DNA of 60,067 nt, counting the filler, from Streblomastix strix (Eukaryota): assembly GCA_008636045.1 (NCBI GenBank). It is 2 parts of 2 records of this genome, joined end to end, with 100 filler letters (N's around TTAATTAATTAA, not from the genome) between each part and the next. Parts side by side here need not be neighbours in the genome. Positions count along the whole stretch, not along the records: positions 1 to 30,016 come from SNRW01000095.1; 1 more part is not named here. The stretch is one strand, 5' to 3'. Positions within the stretch are counted from its first letter, which is position 1; every line of letters starts with the position of its first letter. The notes under the pieces were generated by a model, which ran no database searches, had not been told where the DNA came from, and saw only the letters and a program-made list of their open reading frames with translations. The translations under genes and the position numbers were made by a program. Of the stretch, positions 1 to 13,461 are shown piece after piece.

Positions 1-104
<104 letters not shown>

Positions 105-275
105 TCAAGAATATGAATATTAATGAAAATTTTTTAATAATAGAAGTAATACTAATAACATTAAAATTATTTATATAAATTTCAATAAGAGATAATTTTA
201 TATAATATGCAAAAGAACCAGAATCAGAAATTTTGGAAAATCATATTAATTCAATTCATTAAGTAAAGGAAGTAC

Positions 276-487
276 TTCCAAAGGAGGGGTGGTCCTTATC
301 ATCCACAAAGTCAATCCACATGGTATCTGCATATGGTTCATCGAGTAGTTGGTCCTTGGCGTTAGTCAAAACCCAGTGATTTCATCGTATATTCCAAAGG
401 AGGGGAGTCCTTAATCTGTAAAGTCAATCCACATGGTATCTGCATATGGTTCATCGACCAGTTGGTCCTTGGCGTTAGTCAAATACC
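276..487. repeat. GC-richer tandem duplication, 2 copies, period about 116 nt
   Basis: ttccaaaggagggg...aaagtcaatccacatggtatctgcatatggttcatcga...gttggtccttggcgttagtcaaa occurs at 276 and again at 392. Confidence 0.9.
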
Positions 488-1578
488 ATCGTTGAAATGC
501 AATTTTAAGAATGATGAATTATCTTCAGATATGGTATGAATTGATGCTTCTGTGTTGCAGCCTAGGATATATAGGTCATTATCCCTATGATTCGTGGAGA
601 CCGTTTATTTTTATCAGATCAAAGTTATTTTAGATATTTATACCCTTATTTTAGGGTTAATGTGATTTTCACCAGCGCTGTGGATGGATGGGTCCAAATC
701 GCTATGTTTTAAAAATGATGCCAATTTCACCAATAATATCTTCTTACGTCGCATTATTGAGATGAAAGAAATCTAATGATCTGAAAATAGTTTCCTATAA
801 CTCCAACTCGAAATCAATTTAGAAAATGAAAAATATAGTTTTTAAAGAAGTTTTATTAAAATGATCAATTTTAAAATATTAATTGTATAATAATAAATAA
901 ATTTTAACATTTATTATTTTATTTTATTGCCACATTTGTGGCTGGTCTCCACAAGTTTTAATAAATCGTAATTTCTTCAAATATTTAATGCAAGTATTAA
1001 GCATCTTACTCACTAGTTCTAAATGGTCTAATGTTGAAAAATATTGATATGATCTTTAAATTATTAATAATTTTAAAATAAGCAAAGGAGTAATTCAAGC
1101 GCTTAAAGTTTAATGATTCTTTATTGTACTAAAAAAAAATTATATTTAAATTTTATTGAATTTTAATAAATTTTTTGCTTAGTAAATAAAATATTAATCA
1201 TATCAATGAATATTTTAATTTTTTTAATAAATATTTATATTTTAATTTTTGTTAAAATTTAACTTATCAGACTCAAAATGTTGAACTTATCACCTCACTT
1301 TCAAAATTCAATTAGAAACTTAAATTCTTTAGTAGCGAATTTATTTATTTCAAAAAATTTATTAATAACCAGAATTAAAATTAATAATGAAAAAAAAATT
1401 TTTTTTTGGATAAAAATCGTCGTGCCACTCGTACTGCCTAAAAAAACGTTATCATAGTTATTATATTTTAACAAAGCTATTAATATGTTTGAATAATTAT
1501 TGTATTCACCTCGTTAGATTTAAGAATAAAATTTTAGTTCAATTTTTCTTAATTAATTTTTATTTCTTTATTTATTAT

Positions 1579-2310
1579 ATGAAACTCAGCTTTAAGATGG
1601 AGATTAATTCTATTTGGATGATTGCTGGGCGTATGTCATGCTTAGTATAACTGAGTCAAGAGGAAATTTATGAGCATTTGCAGAACATCCGAAGTTCTTT
1701 CTTAATAGACGAAGAAATTACACTGGTTTCTTATACAATCCTTCATAGATATCTTCTCGCCGTTTAGAATAATTTAATTATTCATAATTTCGCGGAACTA
1801 ATGTACATATTCCTTTGCTGCATCAGCCTGGCTTAAAAAGCAATCATGGATGAAGGAGATGTAATCGCTTTCAACATGGCTCAATAATTAAACTTGAATA
1901 AAGTGAAACTTGCATAGAACTAGATAAGAATATTTTAGTGCTTGTCTTACTCAATTTACTATTCATTAGATCTTGCAAAAGAGTTAAGTGACATTTGCCC
2001 TGTTTCTCGATGGGCCTCACTAATCTATGCATCCTTTGGAATCCCGATGCTTTGCAACACTCCTTCGTTATGTTGTGAAGAAATCCACGTTCAACTCCAG
2101 GACAAAAATCAGCTTAAGTTGTATCAGCATACTCAAGATAACTATCAGAAATAACTTCTATTACAATTACAATCTCAATAGCAATATTAGATCTCAAACT
2201 AAATGCAACAAATGCTTTCTTCTTGTTTATATCAACATCCATAAACAATAATTTCCAATGATAAGCGTGGATTGATTGTAAGTATATAATATATAGTTAC
2301 TTGTGTTTGA
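1579..2310 (+). CDS. Cyclin-fold protein (PHO80/Pcl-like cyclin box) with Q-rich tail
   Basis: Code-6 ORF from ATG 1579 to TGA 2308-2310. The stretch LVSYTILHRYL...IFLCCISLAQKAIMDE...MAQQLNLNKVKLAQNQIRIFQCLSYSIY follows the cyclin-box pattern. A possible donor gtaagt at 2278 could change the C-terminus. Confidence 0.6.
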
Positions 2311-3243
2311 GAGTAATTGTAGATTTTATATTATTTATTGTCATAATTTTGAATTTATAGACATTTTATATTATTATTTTTTCGTAATCGTTTTATTACC
2401 TACTTTTTATGTTATTTAGTATATTAAAATCAATAACTCACATTTCCATTATTATATCTTTATATTTTAATTCATATTTTTAATAACTTGATGTATTAGA
2501 TTTTATAACATATAGAATTAAATACTTGAGCACTAAGAATTAAGGCAATTATATATTACTTCTTTTTTATTATACATACCTTTTACAGCTAACATTTATT
2601 TTAATATTTTAAAATTTCCCAAAGACTTGCTGATAAATATAAAATTAATTGTTTCACTTAACACAAGCTTTGGAATAGTTTCAATTTATTTATTTTTTGT
2701 CCTTCTTTCATTATTTTTTCCCCCTCTTATTTCAATATATAATTTTTTATTTTATATTTCTTCTTTCCAATTATTGTCTTTAGTAATTTTCTTATTTTTT
2801 ACTTTGAATATGATAATTGAATATTTTTTGTAAATATTCTATCTATCAAGTAAAAATCATTATTTTATTAATTCCATTAAATCTTTAAATTTAATCTTTT
2901 AAATCTGATTTAAATCATGATTTTGAATGAAAATAGAAGAAGATTATCTATTATTATTAACTTTATTTTTTAATTATATTTCTATTTAATATTTCAAATG
3001 TTTTAATTAACTTTTCTAAATTTTTTTATATACTTTTTATTATTTTTTCTTTAGTAACTTTATTCTGCTTTTTAATAATTGATTATATTTTAAATAAAAA
3101 GGAAATAAGGATAATCAAATAACCATTCTCTCTTCTTATTTAATATTTTATTTTAAACAAAATGAAAAATTTTAAAATATAAATATAAATAAAGATCAAT
3201 GTTAAAAGAATCAGGAGTGAAAAAGTTTTTATTTACATTATAA

Positions 3244-6200
3244 TCATTTCTTAGAAATCCTCAAACTCACTGTTGACTATCTTAACTATCTTTCATTCTT
3301 TACTTTTGATTCTTTTTCTATCTCATTCTCTTTATTAATTTTATTCTGTTGCATTTTTTCATCTTCATTTGATTTTGTTGAAAATCTCAATTTTCTCTTA
3401 ATATCCGACACTTATTCTTTATTCTTATCTTTTTCTTCCACTTTTTTTAACTTTTTTTCAACTTCTTTTCCTTTCACTTTTTATTTATCTGTTTCCTTTT
3501 CCTTATCATTTAGAGATTCTTTCCCATTACCAGATAAAAATCCCCAAAATCTTCCTTTGTTTACTCGTTTCTCTACTGATTATTTCTCTTCTTTTATTTC
3601 TTCCTGTTCATCTGGTGTTTCTTCTTAATTAACTTCTTTTTCATGTACATGTTCAGTTTGAGTCTATGCATTTTATTCATCCTCTTTATTTTTATAAGTT
3701 TACTAATCAATTTTCAATTCTATTTCTTATTCATTGTCTTTATTCATGTCAGGAACAACCTCTTTCTCATTATTTACTTCTAAGAGCTTTTATATTTCTT
3801 ATTCCTCTTGTTGTTTATCCAATTTATCTTCAAACTTTTATTCATTATTGGATTTCCCTAATTCTTTCTCTTTAACATTCACTCTCTTATCATTATTATC
3901 ATTCTTCTTCTTTTTCATTTATTGTGCTCTTGAACCAGATTGTCTACTAAGTACTCTCTCATGCTCTAAAATATCATCATCATCAATAACTATTTCATTC
4001 TACTTCATTAAATTAATTTTTGTACTTGATCTCGTAGTTCTTGTTTCAATCTTAACTTTTGCTTTTACTTGCGATTTTGATTTTTGTTTTGGTTTATCTT
4101 CACTTTTTTCTTTCTATGCTGTATTAAATTCTTGCTACTTTTCTTATTATAGTTTCTAAGTTTCATTTTCTTCATTAATATTCAAATTTATTTCTCCATC
4201 TACATTTTATTCTTATTCTTATTCATTTTCTATCTATTCATTTGTTTCTATTTACTATTTTACAGTTTAATCTTTCTCCATTTTTGTAGTTTACTATTTC
4301 TTTTCTTCATCCTCGGAAGCTGTTTATATATATTGTGCTTCTTTCTATTTCTATGATTAAACCTCTAATTCTGTTTCTTTCTATATTTGAGTATCTTTCT
4401 CCATTAAAGTTTGATTCTGTTTCACCTGTTAACTTTCTAAATCTATTTCATTCTGATAATTTTCAATCTTTCTCTCATCATTTTCAGTTTAATAGGAATT
4501 TTCATTTTGAATATAATTATATATATTTACTTATTCTTCATTAATATTCATTGCACTTTCTTTCATTTGAATAATTTCTTTTTCTTTTTCTTTTTCAATA
4601 ATATTCTATTTAACGATTTCAGATTCTTTCTCTACATCTTTTTCCATTTAATTTCCTGAATAAATTATGTCTTAATTTTCTTTTTCATTAATAATTTCCT
4701 TCATTTTTATGTTTTCTTCTTCAACCACAATTATATTTTCATTATTTTCGCTTTTTTCAATATCTTTTTCCATTATTTATTAGTTTTAATTATCTTTTAT
4801 TACTTCTTTTTATATATTATTAATTTCTTTTTATACATCCTGGTATTATTATTAATTTGTTTGTTTTTCTTTCTTATTCTCAATATCTGGTTATACACCC
4901 ATTTTAGTATCGCCAATCTTACTTGTTTATATCTAAATCACATTAACATTCCCCAATGAATTATTTAACACAACATTAGATTCATTCAAATTAGCTTTTT
5001 CTTATATGATTTATATACCTTTATTTATATTTATATTTAAATCCTAATCTTTCTTTTTCACATTTTCAGATTAAACTACAATTTCATTTGGTTAATTTTA
5101 TTTATTCATTTAAATATTTTTATTTTCTTCCAATGTCACACTATTTGTATCTTTTTACTTTTATTTGATTTTCAAAGAAGTTTTAACATTTTTTCTCTAT
5201 AATATTTATTAACCCTTTATTTTTTCAATAATAACCAATTTTGCCTTTTCTTTAGCAGTTCTCATTTTTTCATTTTTTTCTTTATCTCTTGGCTTCTCTT
5301 TTTCCAATCTCTGTTTTTCATTTCTTTCTTTCTCTTTTCTTTTTTCATCTTTCTTTTTCTAATTCTCTTCGTGTTCGAGTTGGAAATGCGATTTTTCAAT
5401 TGGATTAATATCAACAAGCGCGTTCCATACTGCAAAATTTTATAGACGAGTAATTTCCTGCACAATCGAAAATTATAAAAGTTGGACCAAAAATTAAAAA
5501 AAAAAATAATAAACCTATTTGTGAATTTCTTATTTTTCTTCAGTGAGATTTTGAATCTATTCAATAAATAAATAAACAAATATTTCAAAATGTTCAGCAT
5601 GATCTCACACCTTTGGTAATAAAAGTCTCCTCATGTATGAATTATGCAATAGAACCGAAGGATACCTGTTTTCAAACAAAATGGAAATAATTAATTGGAA
5701 AGATGAAATAATAAATAAATAAAGTTGTCAAACTTTCTCAATTCTTGTAGATAAGGAGAATGTTAAATTGGTCTGGAAGTGGATTTGAAAGAAAAGAATA
5801 GAACAAAGAAAATTATTTAGTGCAATGAATTTTTATTTAAAAATTAATATTCTTTTATTTTTATCAAACTTTTCTACTTGTATCTATTTATCAAATTATT
5901 CTTGCAATGATAACAATTGTGGATTAAAAGATTATGAATCTTATGAATAAGAATATTGAATTTGTTGACCTTCGTTTTGTTCCATCAATATTTACTATTT
6001 TTATTGATATTTTGACTTTCCTTTTTTGATTTTTTAATTATTTTATTTTGTGTCATCTTCTTTTTCTATAAACTTTTCCGTTTAAAAAATTCTGGTCTAC
6101 GATGCTAGAAACTTCATAGCATCACTATTCAATAAATTAAGCTTCATTTAACAGTTTTAATACATCAACATTTTCTTCCTTCTGTATGTTTCTATATCAT

Positions 6201-9200
6201 CCTAATCCACATATCTATTTCTGAAGTCAAACTATTCTTCTATAAATCCATATATTTATGGGAGATGGGTGATATTTATTAGATGGTAAAATGAAGGATG
6301 TTTCAATTTCATAACTTCGGATGTCTATTGTATGGAAAATTAGTTTTGATATTAAAATTATTAAACAACGGGAGGAATTTGTAATTATTATGAAATGCTG
6401 AACAATCTTAATTTAAATGTATTCATTTTTTTATTAAAATTCAAAATTTCTTGTTTATTCTCAACCATCTCAGGTAGTTATTTCTTTTAATCAATTTTTC
6501 TATTAATTATTATTTTACCCAATTTCTCTATGTCTGAAACCGATTTATTTTCCTTGTCTTTTTCCATTATTTTTCCAATTTCTTTCTTATTATCCATATC
6601 TTTAAAATTTTCTATTGAATTTTACTCTGTAGAATCACTGATCATAATATCCTTTTCCATTAAATTTTATTTGTAATAATTTTATTATAAACTTTTGTTA
6701 TCAATATCTAAAGATTTATTTCCAACAAAATTATTAATTAAATTATTATTTTAATAAATAAAAAAAATTTGAAAAATTGATACCTATTTGAGTTTTATCC
6801 TATTAATTCACTTTGTCATTTGAATATTTTGCTACACATCTTTCAAAATCTTCTTCCATCATTGCATGGATTTAATAACCTATTTATTTTAGAAATGAAA
6901 AAAATATTAGAAAATAATAATAATTAAAAATATTATCATTTTTTATCAACCTGCTATTATCATCGCTCCTCCTTATTCAGGTTCATAGAACTTCTCAACA
7001 AAATCTGCTGCTTCAATAATATTACGAAAAAATACACGAAATGCTTTTTTATCAGCAATTATTTCAGGATTAATTTACACATTTCCCAAATATTCAAGTT
7101 TTTAATGCTTTTAACTTTAACGCAGAGTTTACAGCGGTTTATGATTTTACGTTAACTATTACTATTATTATTCAATTTAATTTTACTATTAATCAGTTTA
7201 TAATGATTGCTGTTATTATTCTTGTAATAATTAAATCTCTGGTTATTCTTAATTTTCTTACAGTTATTCAGGTTGGTTATTCTATGATTATATATTTGAA
7301 AGATTTTAATTGAATTGAGTTGAAGGCTGTTGTTATTATTAAATAGGGATGTTAGAAGGAGATAGCAATAATTCATATTACAATATTTAAGATGAATTAT
7401 CATTGTTTTAAAGAAATGAAGGAGTCTAGGATGTAATATCAGACTACGCAGATTATGAAGATGAAGATTAAGATGAAAATGTTTAAGGTTTTTAAGTATC
7501 TTATATTGATTCATGATTTTAAGCAGATGGAGAGTTATGAGATGATTGTTATGGAGTTTATATTTTGGATGCAGGACCAACATTTTAAACAATTGGAGAA
7601 GGTAATAAAAATGATTAATTAGGTTGAGAATAAGATAATAACACAGAAGATAACGGTTAAGGACCTAATAAAGGTTATACAGCTTAAAATCCAAAATTGT
7701 TACTTTAAAAAGTTGATGGAGAAATAGGAGTTGTTTTAGATGGAGAATCAGCAGACTTTGAAATGTTTAATATTGAAGTTGATGAAGTTTCACTATTTTC
7801 TATAGATGAAGTTTATTCAGTTGAATAAGATGATAATGTTGATGATAAATAAGAAGAAGGTGAAGATGAACTTATTAAAGCTGCTTAAATTGATGATGAA
7901 GGAAAATGTGATAAAGAAGTAGAATTAGGAGCAGATGAATCAAGAAGAGAAGATTATGAGAAAAGAATAGAAGATGCCGAAGATGATGAAATCTCTGATC
8001 CAGGTTATGAAGGCAGTAGTTCTGGAATTAATTATGATTCTTGTTAATTTCTTTACTTTTCTAAATCTAAGGATGAAATGTCTTCCTTTGGTTCCAAATC
8101 TTTTATCATAAGTGTTTCAGATTCTTATTAAATCTCATTTTAATCATTTAATAATAATTATTACTGCAGTTCTTGTTATTATAATTAATTATATTTAATT
8201 TACTGTGACTATTATTATTAAAGTTATATATCTTAATGTTAAATATTTTTTTGTCTGAATTTAATTTTTTAATTTGAAGTTTATGGTTAAATTGCTATAA
8301 TATTCTAAACTTAATGAGGATTCAGATATTAAATTTAAGGATATTATGTCTAAATAGGATTTCTTTAATACATGCTTTAACTATAAATAATTGATTACGG
8401 TAATTGGGCTGGAAAATGCATTTAATGAATGTTAGGAATATTGAGCGATTAAGATTATGTAAGATATGATCCAATTTTCGGGTCAGATTAAATAATACCA
8501 GTTTAGTTTAATTTCATCCCTTAATTTGTAGTGAATGTTTATAATTGATGAAATGAATGTTATACAGGAGGCAAAATTTACAAATTTTAAGCAGCAGTTG
8601 TTAATAGTATAGCCTGCTACGAAGCAGATTTTAATATTTAAGGTTCAATAATCCCAATTCCCTAATTATTTTATTATTCAGTTTCTTTATTCATTATCTT
8701 CAATGTCTAAGGTTCAATAATCTTAATTTCCTAATTATTATATTTTTTACCTCCTTTATTCATTTTTCCCTATGTTTAAGGTTCAATAATCTTAATTTCC
8801 TAATTGTTTTATTATTCGCCTCCTTTATTCATTATTTTTAATGCTTTTTAAACAGAAATAACATTGCTTTGTGTAGGTAATGCATTTGAAACTCTCTTTG
8901 CTCTATGTTAATATATCTCAATTCTGGAGACGCTAGAGCTATATTATTTTAGAGCCCAAATCAAATTTTTCTCTGTGAACATCATATTTTTATTTTGTCT
9001 ATTATAAGATCTTTATCTTAGTTTTTTATTTAAAGCCAAATATGATGATTGTTATTTTTCATCAGATTAATGAGGAGGATGAATAGTTGGAATTGTATTG
9101 AATGTATTTGGAACCCCATATACAATAGCAAAAGGTTTACTATAAGTGCCAATTGGTCGAACAGGAGGTTCAACAACTTTTAACTGATCCAGTCTTTCTT

Positions 9201-12200
9201 TCTTTATTTTTATTTCATTCTGCTTTCCCATTTATTTCTCTTTCTCATTCTCTAATTATTATATTAGTTATTATTACATAATTTATTCATAATAGTCAAA
9301 TGAATTTGGAATAATTGGAGGAACTGATTTTTTATGTTTAGATGGAATTTAATCTTGTGAGCGAAGCTTATAATCACCTTTTACATCAAAATCTTTTTCT
9401 GTTAAATTGATATTCTCTTTCACTTTTTCCTATTCATCAGATATAATCATTTATTAATCTTTTTAACCATCTTAGTCCATCGCTTTCTCAGTTTCTTTTT
9501 ATTCATCTTTCTCTTTCTCTTTCTCTTTTTCTTCTATTTTATCTTATTCAATTATTTAACTTTTTTCATTTTCTTCATCTTTTTCCATCTATTAATCCTT
9601 TTCAATTTCAATATCTTTTTCCATTACTTTAATTTTCTTATTCTGCTTTTCTTCAAATTCAATTATTCTTTCATATTCTTTTAGAACTTCTTAGAAATCA
9701 GTATAAACATAAAATTCATACAAATAATTACTATCATTGAATAAATTGTATTTGTTCTTAAGGGTCTGTTCATCCCCTTTTGTTTATCTCAATTGGCTTT
9801 AACTATCCTAATAATTATTGTACTCATTTAATATCTTATCCACATAGAATTACTGTAATATGCTGTACTTGTCAGATTCTCTCTCATCTTCTTCCCATGA
9901 GTGTTTGACATGATGAGTATGACGATGATGAATGTGATGTGATTAGGATGTGTGCTGATGATGTTGGTGAGTATGAATCCTTTATGAGTAATCATGTTCA
10001 GATGATTCGCGATCATTAGTTTAATTGTAATCATCGTTTCGCGTTCTATGCCTTTCATCACTATGATATCTTTGATCATCTCCAAACTAATACATTTAAC
10101 TCCTTTAATAATTATATCCTTCATCATATGGTGGATAATTCTAGTCATATTATTATAAATTCTGTTAATTCCCTTATTTCTTTCGGTTTGATTTAAGTGC
10201 CAATTACCTATAATATTCCTAATCTTCCATCCTGTAGTCATATTTATATTCAATTCTATGAGCACCTCTTTCTCTCAGCGAATAAGATTTGTACTTTATA
10301 TCAGTTTGCAATATCTCTAAATCTTTGTCAGAAGTTTAAATACCTGATTATTCCTGAGTTGGTGAGATGGAGTTGTTTAATTAATCCATATTAATAAGAT
10401 TCATATCATGTCTATGTTTCTTTCTTTTCTTTACCCCATTTTCTCTAAGATTATCTTAATATTTTTCATTTTACAATTTTTCATCTATATTTCTACTGTG
10501 AAGCGACAAAAGAGAAGAACCATGATTAGGTTTATTGAGAACTAAAGTATGAGGTTCACTGATTCCAATTCCAAGTTCACCAATAGAACCAATTTTATTT
10601 TGCTGTGCATTATTCCACTTATCAATGAGGTTCTCCTGATCCATATCATCATTTGTCTCATATGAACTTCCATTGCTATAAGTGTAACTATCACTTTAAT
10701 CATTTTATTTAACATCATTTTCTTTCAATGTATTTGATTTCTTCTCTGCTAAATTTCTTAATTCAAGTTTTAACTTCTTCTTCTTCTTAGGTGTAATAGC
10801 CATTTCATGAATTGTTTATTTCTTTTCTGTTTCTTCCTATTTTTCAGTTTTCTCTTAATTTTTAGTCTTTTTAAATGATCCTGGTGTTTAAATTTGGATT
10901 AGACTCTGAGCTTCTTCAAATGCATGTCTCTTTGGTGTTACTAAGGATAAATCTTCAACATTATTTCCTAAATTTCTTTTCCATCTTCTTTTTTCTTTTA
11001 ATTTAGTCGAATCTTTATTGTCTTTTTCATCTTATTTTGCTTCTTTTTCATCTTATTTTTCTTCTTTTTCATCTTATTTTGCTTCTTTTTCACTTTTTTT
11101 CGTATATTTCCTTTTAATTTTTTATTTTGGCTTTTCTTCCTCATCGTCTTCATTTTCTTCATCAGATTCTTCTTCAGATTTTTTGAGTTTTTATTTCTTT
11201 GCTTATTTCTTACTTGTTTCTTTTTCTTTATCTTTTTACATTTCCTTCTCTTTTTCCTTCTCCCTCTATTTTTCCATTTTCTCTTTTTCTTTCTTTTCTG
11301 CTTTCTCTTTTTTTCGCTCTTCTTTTTCTTTCTCTTTTTCCTATTTCTTTTTTTCCTCATCTTCATCCTCATCATCATCATCACTTTCACTAGTCTCACT
11401 CTCACTGCTTTCTTCACTCTCAGATTCTTCACTCACTTTCCTTCCTTTCTTCTTCTTCTTCTTCAATTTCCTCCTCTCTTCTCTTCTCTTTTATCTTTCT
11501 TTCTCTTTCTACACTTGTCTCTACAATCTCTCATTTGCCTTCTTCAGCTTTTCTCTCTCCATTATCTCTTTGTGGGTGAAGAGTTGGTGCGCTGCTCCCA
11601 TATGGACATCTCTTTTGACTGCTTCTCGTCTTTGGATAATAAATATATGAATAGGAAATAATAAGTTAGGTTGTATGAATAACAATTATTAAACCTTTCC
11701 ATTCTTTTCTGAATTAAAATCATCTTTTGATATTCTTTTTATTATTTTTCTTAATCTCTTTATTTTCTCAATTCCTTTTCTTCTTCATTTTCATTATCTA
11801 ATACTTCATTTTCCTGGTTTTATTCCTCTTCTTATTCATCTTCATTTTATTGTGTTATTTATTTTTAAACCTTTTGTAATTATTTTAATTCTTTTCTCAA
11901 TTTCTTCTCATTAAGTTCCTAACTATCTGAAATCTATTTCTAAGCTTTTCTTTACAATCTATTCTCTTTTAGTTTCTTTTTCCTCTCAGCTTTCTATTTC
12001 TCTTCTTCTTCCTTCCTTTCTTATTCACTTTGATTATCAGCTTCATCTTATTCTTCTTATTCTTATTCTTATTATTCTTCTTCTTCCTGTGTTTAGACAA
12101 TTTTTTTTCTTTTTCCACGACCATCAGATTTTCGTTTTCTTTGTAAGTCGTTATCATCTTCCTAGGAAAGTAATCTAATAAAATTAAACGTGGAGTATAT

Positions 12201-12557
12201 TGGATTACATTGTAACTTCGCAAAATTCTAGGCGAGTCTATCAAGTTCTCTAGAATTAATTCCTTGAAAGGCTAGTCCAAAACTGTCCGCTATATCAATA
12301 CCATCAAATATATCCATACTATCTATTGCAGAAGCTATATATAATGTATTGTAATTCTAGTCATAAGAAGAAAACATTTCATAAAGATAATGAAATTAAA
12401 AATACAATAAATTTTTGTGAATGTTTATTTGAGGATTGAATGTGGCTTAAATATTATAATGAAAGCAAATTTGTATACTAAATTTAATATATGATTATGA
12501 TTGTTAAAAATTTTAGATTTACAAGAATAAATACTTTAGAATTACGGCAAAAAACAT
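3244..12557 (-). CDS. Very large (~2900 aa) K/E/Q/S-rich low-complexity protein with RRM-like segments; start codon uncertain (12557 or 12377)
   Basis: Code-6 frame ending at TGA 3244-3246. Phase-consistent GT-AG introns at 5458-5514, 5557-5610, 5666-5733, 5773-5869, 6708-6783, 6880-6950 and 11630-11694. One exon is 4.7 kb (6951-11629). RNP1-like KKAFRVFFRNIIEAADFV near 7000-7050. Confidence 0.75.
8638..8842 (-). repeat. Coding tandem repeat, 3 x 69 nt (23 aa, LKIMNKGGEQQNNQEIKIIEPQT)
   Basis: aaggttcaataatc recurs at 69-nt spacing. TAA and TAG swap at the same codon between copies. Confidence 0.85.
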
Positions 12558-12970
12558 CTAATAAATTTGATTTCTGAATTATCTACAGTATTCATCATAT
12601 AAAAGATAATAAGATTAACGATTTCAATAATTTGCAATTAATTTCTCAGTTGAATAATTTTACGATCAGAAGGGTTGAATATAATACGTTTTAACGATTT
12701 GTAACCAAAATTTAAAAATAATGCGCCAGATCAAAATATTAAATTAATCCCGTGAATAATAATTTATTTTTTACGTTTTCATTTATCCCACATAAAATTT
12801 ATATACCAACATTATCATATTTTTGTTCAGAATTAGTGAGTATTGACAAAGATAAAATATCAAATTTCTTCTCGCCGTATAGCTATTATTACAATATTTT
12901 AAATTGCAAAATTACTGGTTAATTAAACGGACTTATCAATAAATATATATTTTATTATTTTAAATACAAC

Positions 12971-13441
12971 ATGACCTCTTTAACAACTATTCATCATTTA
13001 AACCTGTTTTTATTCATATTAAACATGAATATATAAATTATATATGCATTTTTCAGTTAATTATTGATTATGGAACTGAATCATCATTAAGTAATGTTAA
13101 ATATACATGATAATTCAAGAGAAATGGCGTTTGCCCTTCAGCAGCAGATGGATTTGATTAGAATGTATGGTACTGCATTATTATTGAAATGATTATTATT
13201 TTTGTACATCAGGGAAAATTCAATTCTGAAAAAACGGCTAAGCAATTTGGAAATGCGTTTGCTCACGAGATCTTTTCCATTTTAGTTCATTTTTTTTCTT
13301 TGAATAGTTGTTAATGACTAATCAAATAAACAAAATTCACGCACAGAACATGTTATGAAAACACGCCTCGTGGCCAGCCCTGGAGGGCGATTGCACGAGG
13401 TTCCAGTAACATAAAAAAGTTAATAATAAATATTTAAATGA
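12971..13441 (+). CDS. Small (~93 aa) 4-exon protein with a short coiled coil
   Basis: Exons 12971-13005, 13057-13164, 13213-13256 and 13347-13441 splice in phase (…MAFALQQQMDLIRMENSILKKRLSNLEMQHVMKTRLVASPGGRLHEVPV…). Branch-like TGACTAAT in intron 3. The first exon is the least certain. Confidence 0.6.
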
Positions 13442-13461
13442 TTTTAAATCAACTTTATTTT

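Noticed and set aside
2620..3110. Possible small gene or hydrophobic ORF 2627-2833
   Set aside because: Extremely AT-rich. The hydrophobic translation reflects T-richness, and no consistent gene model was found on either strand.
3734..11650. Track ORFs such as 3734-4159(+), 11018-11650(+) and 10998-11432(-) as separate genes
   Set aside because: They are antisense or off-frame shadows of the K/E-rich code-6 gene on the minus strand.
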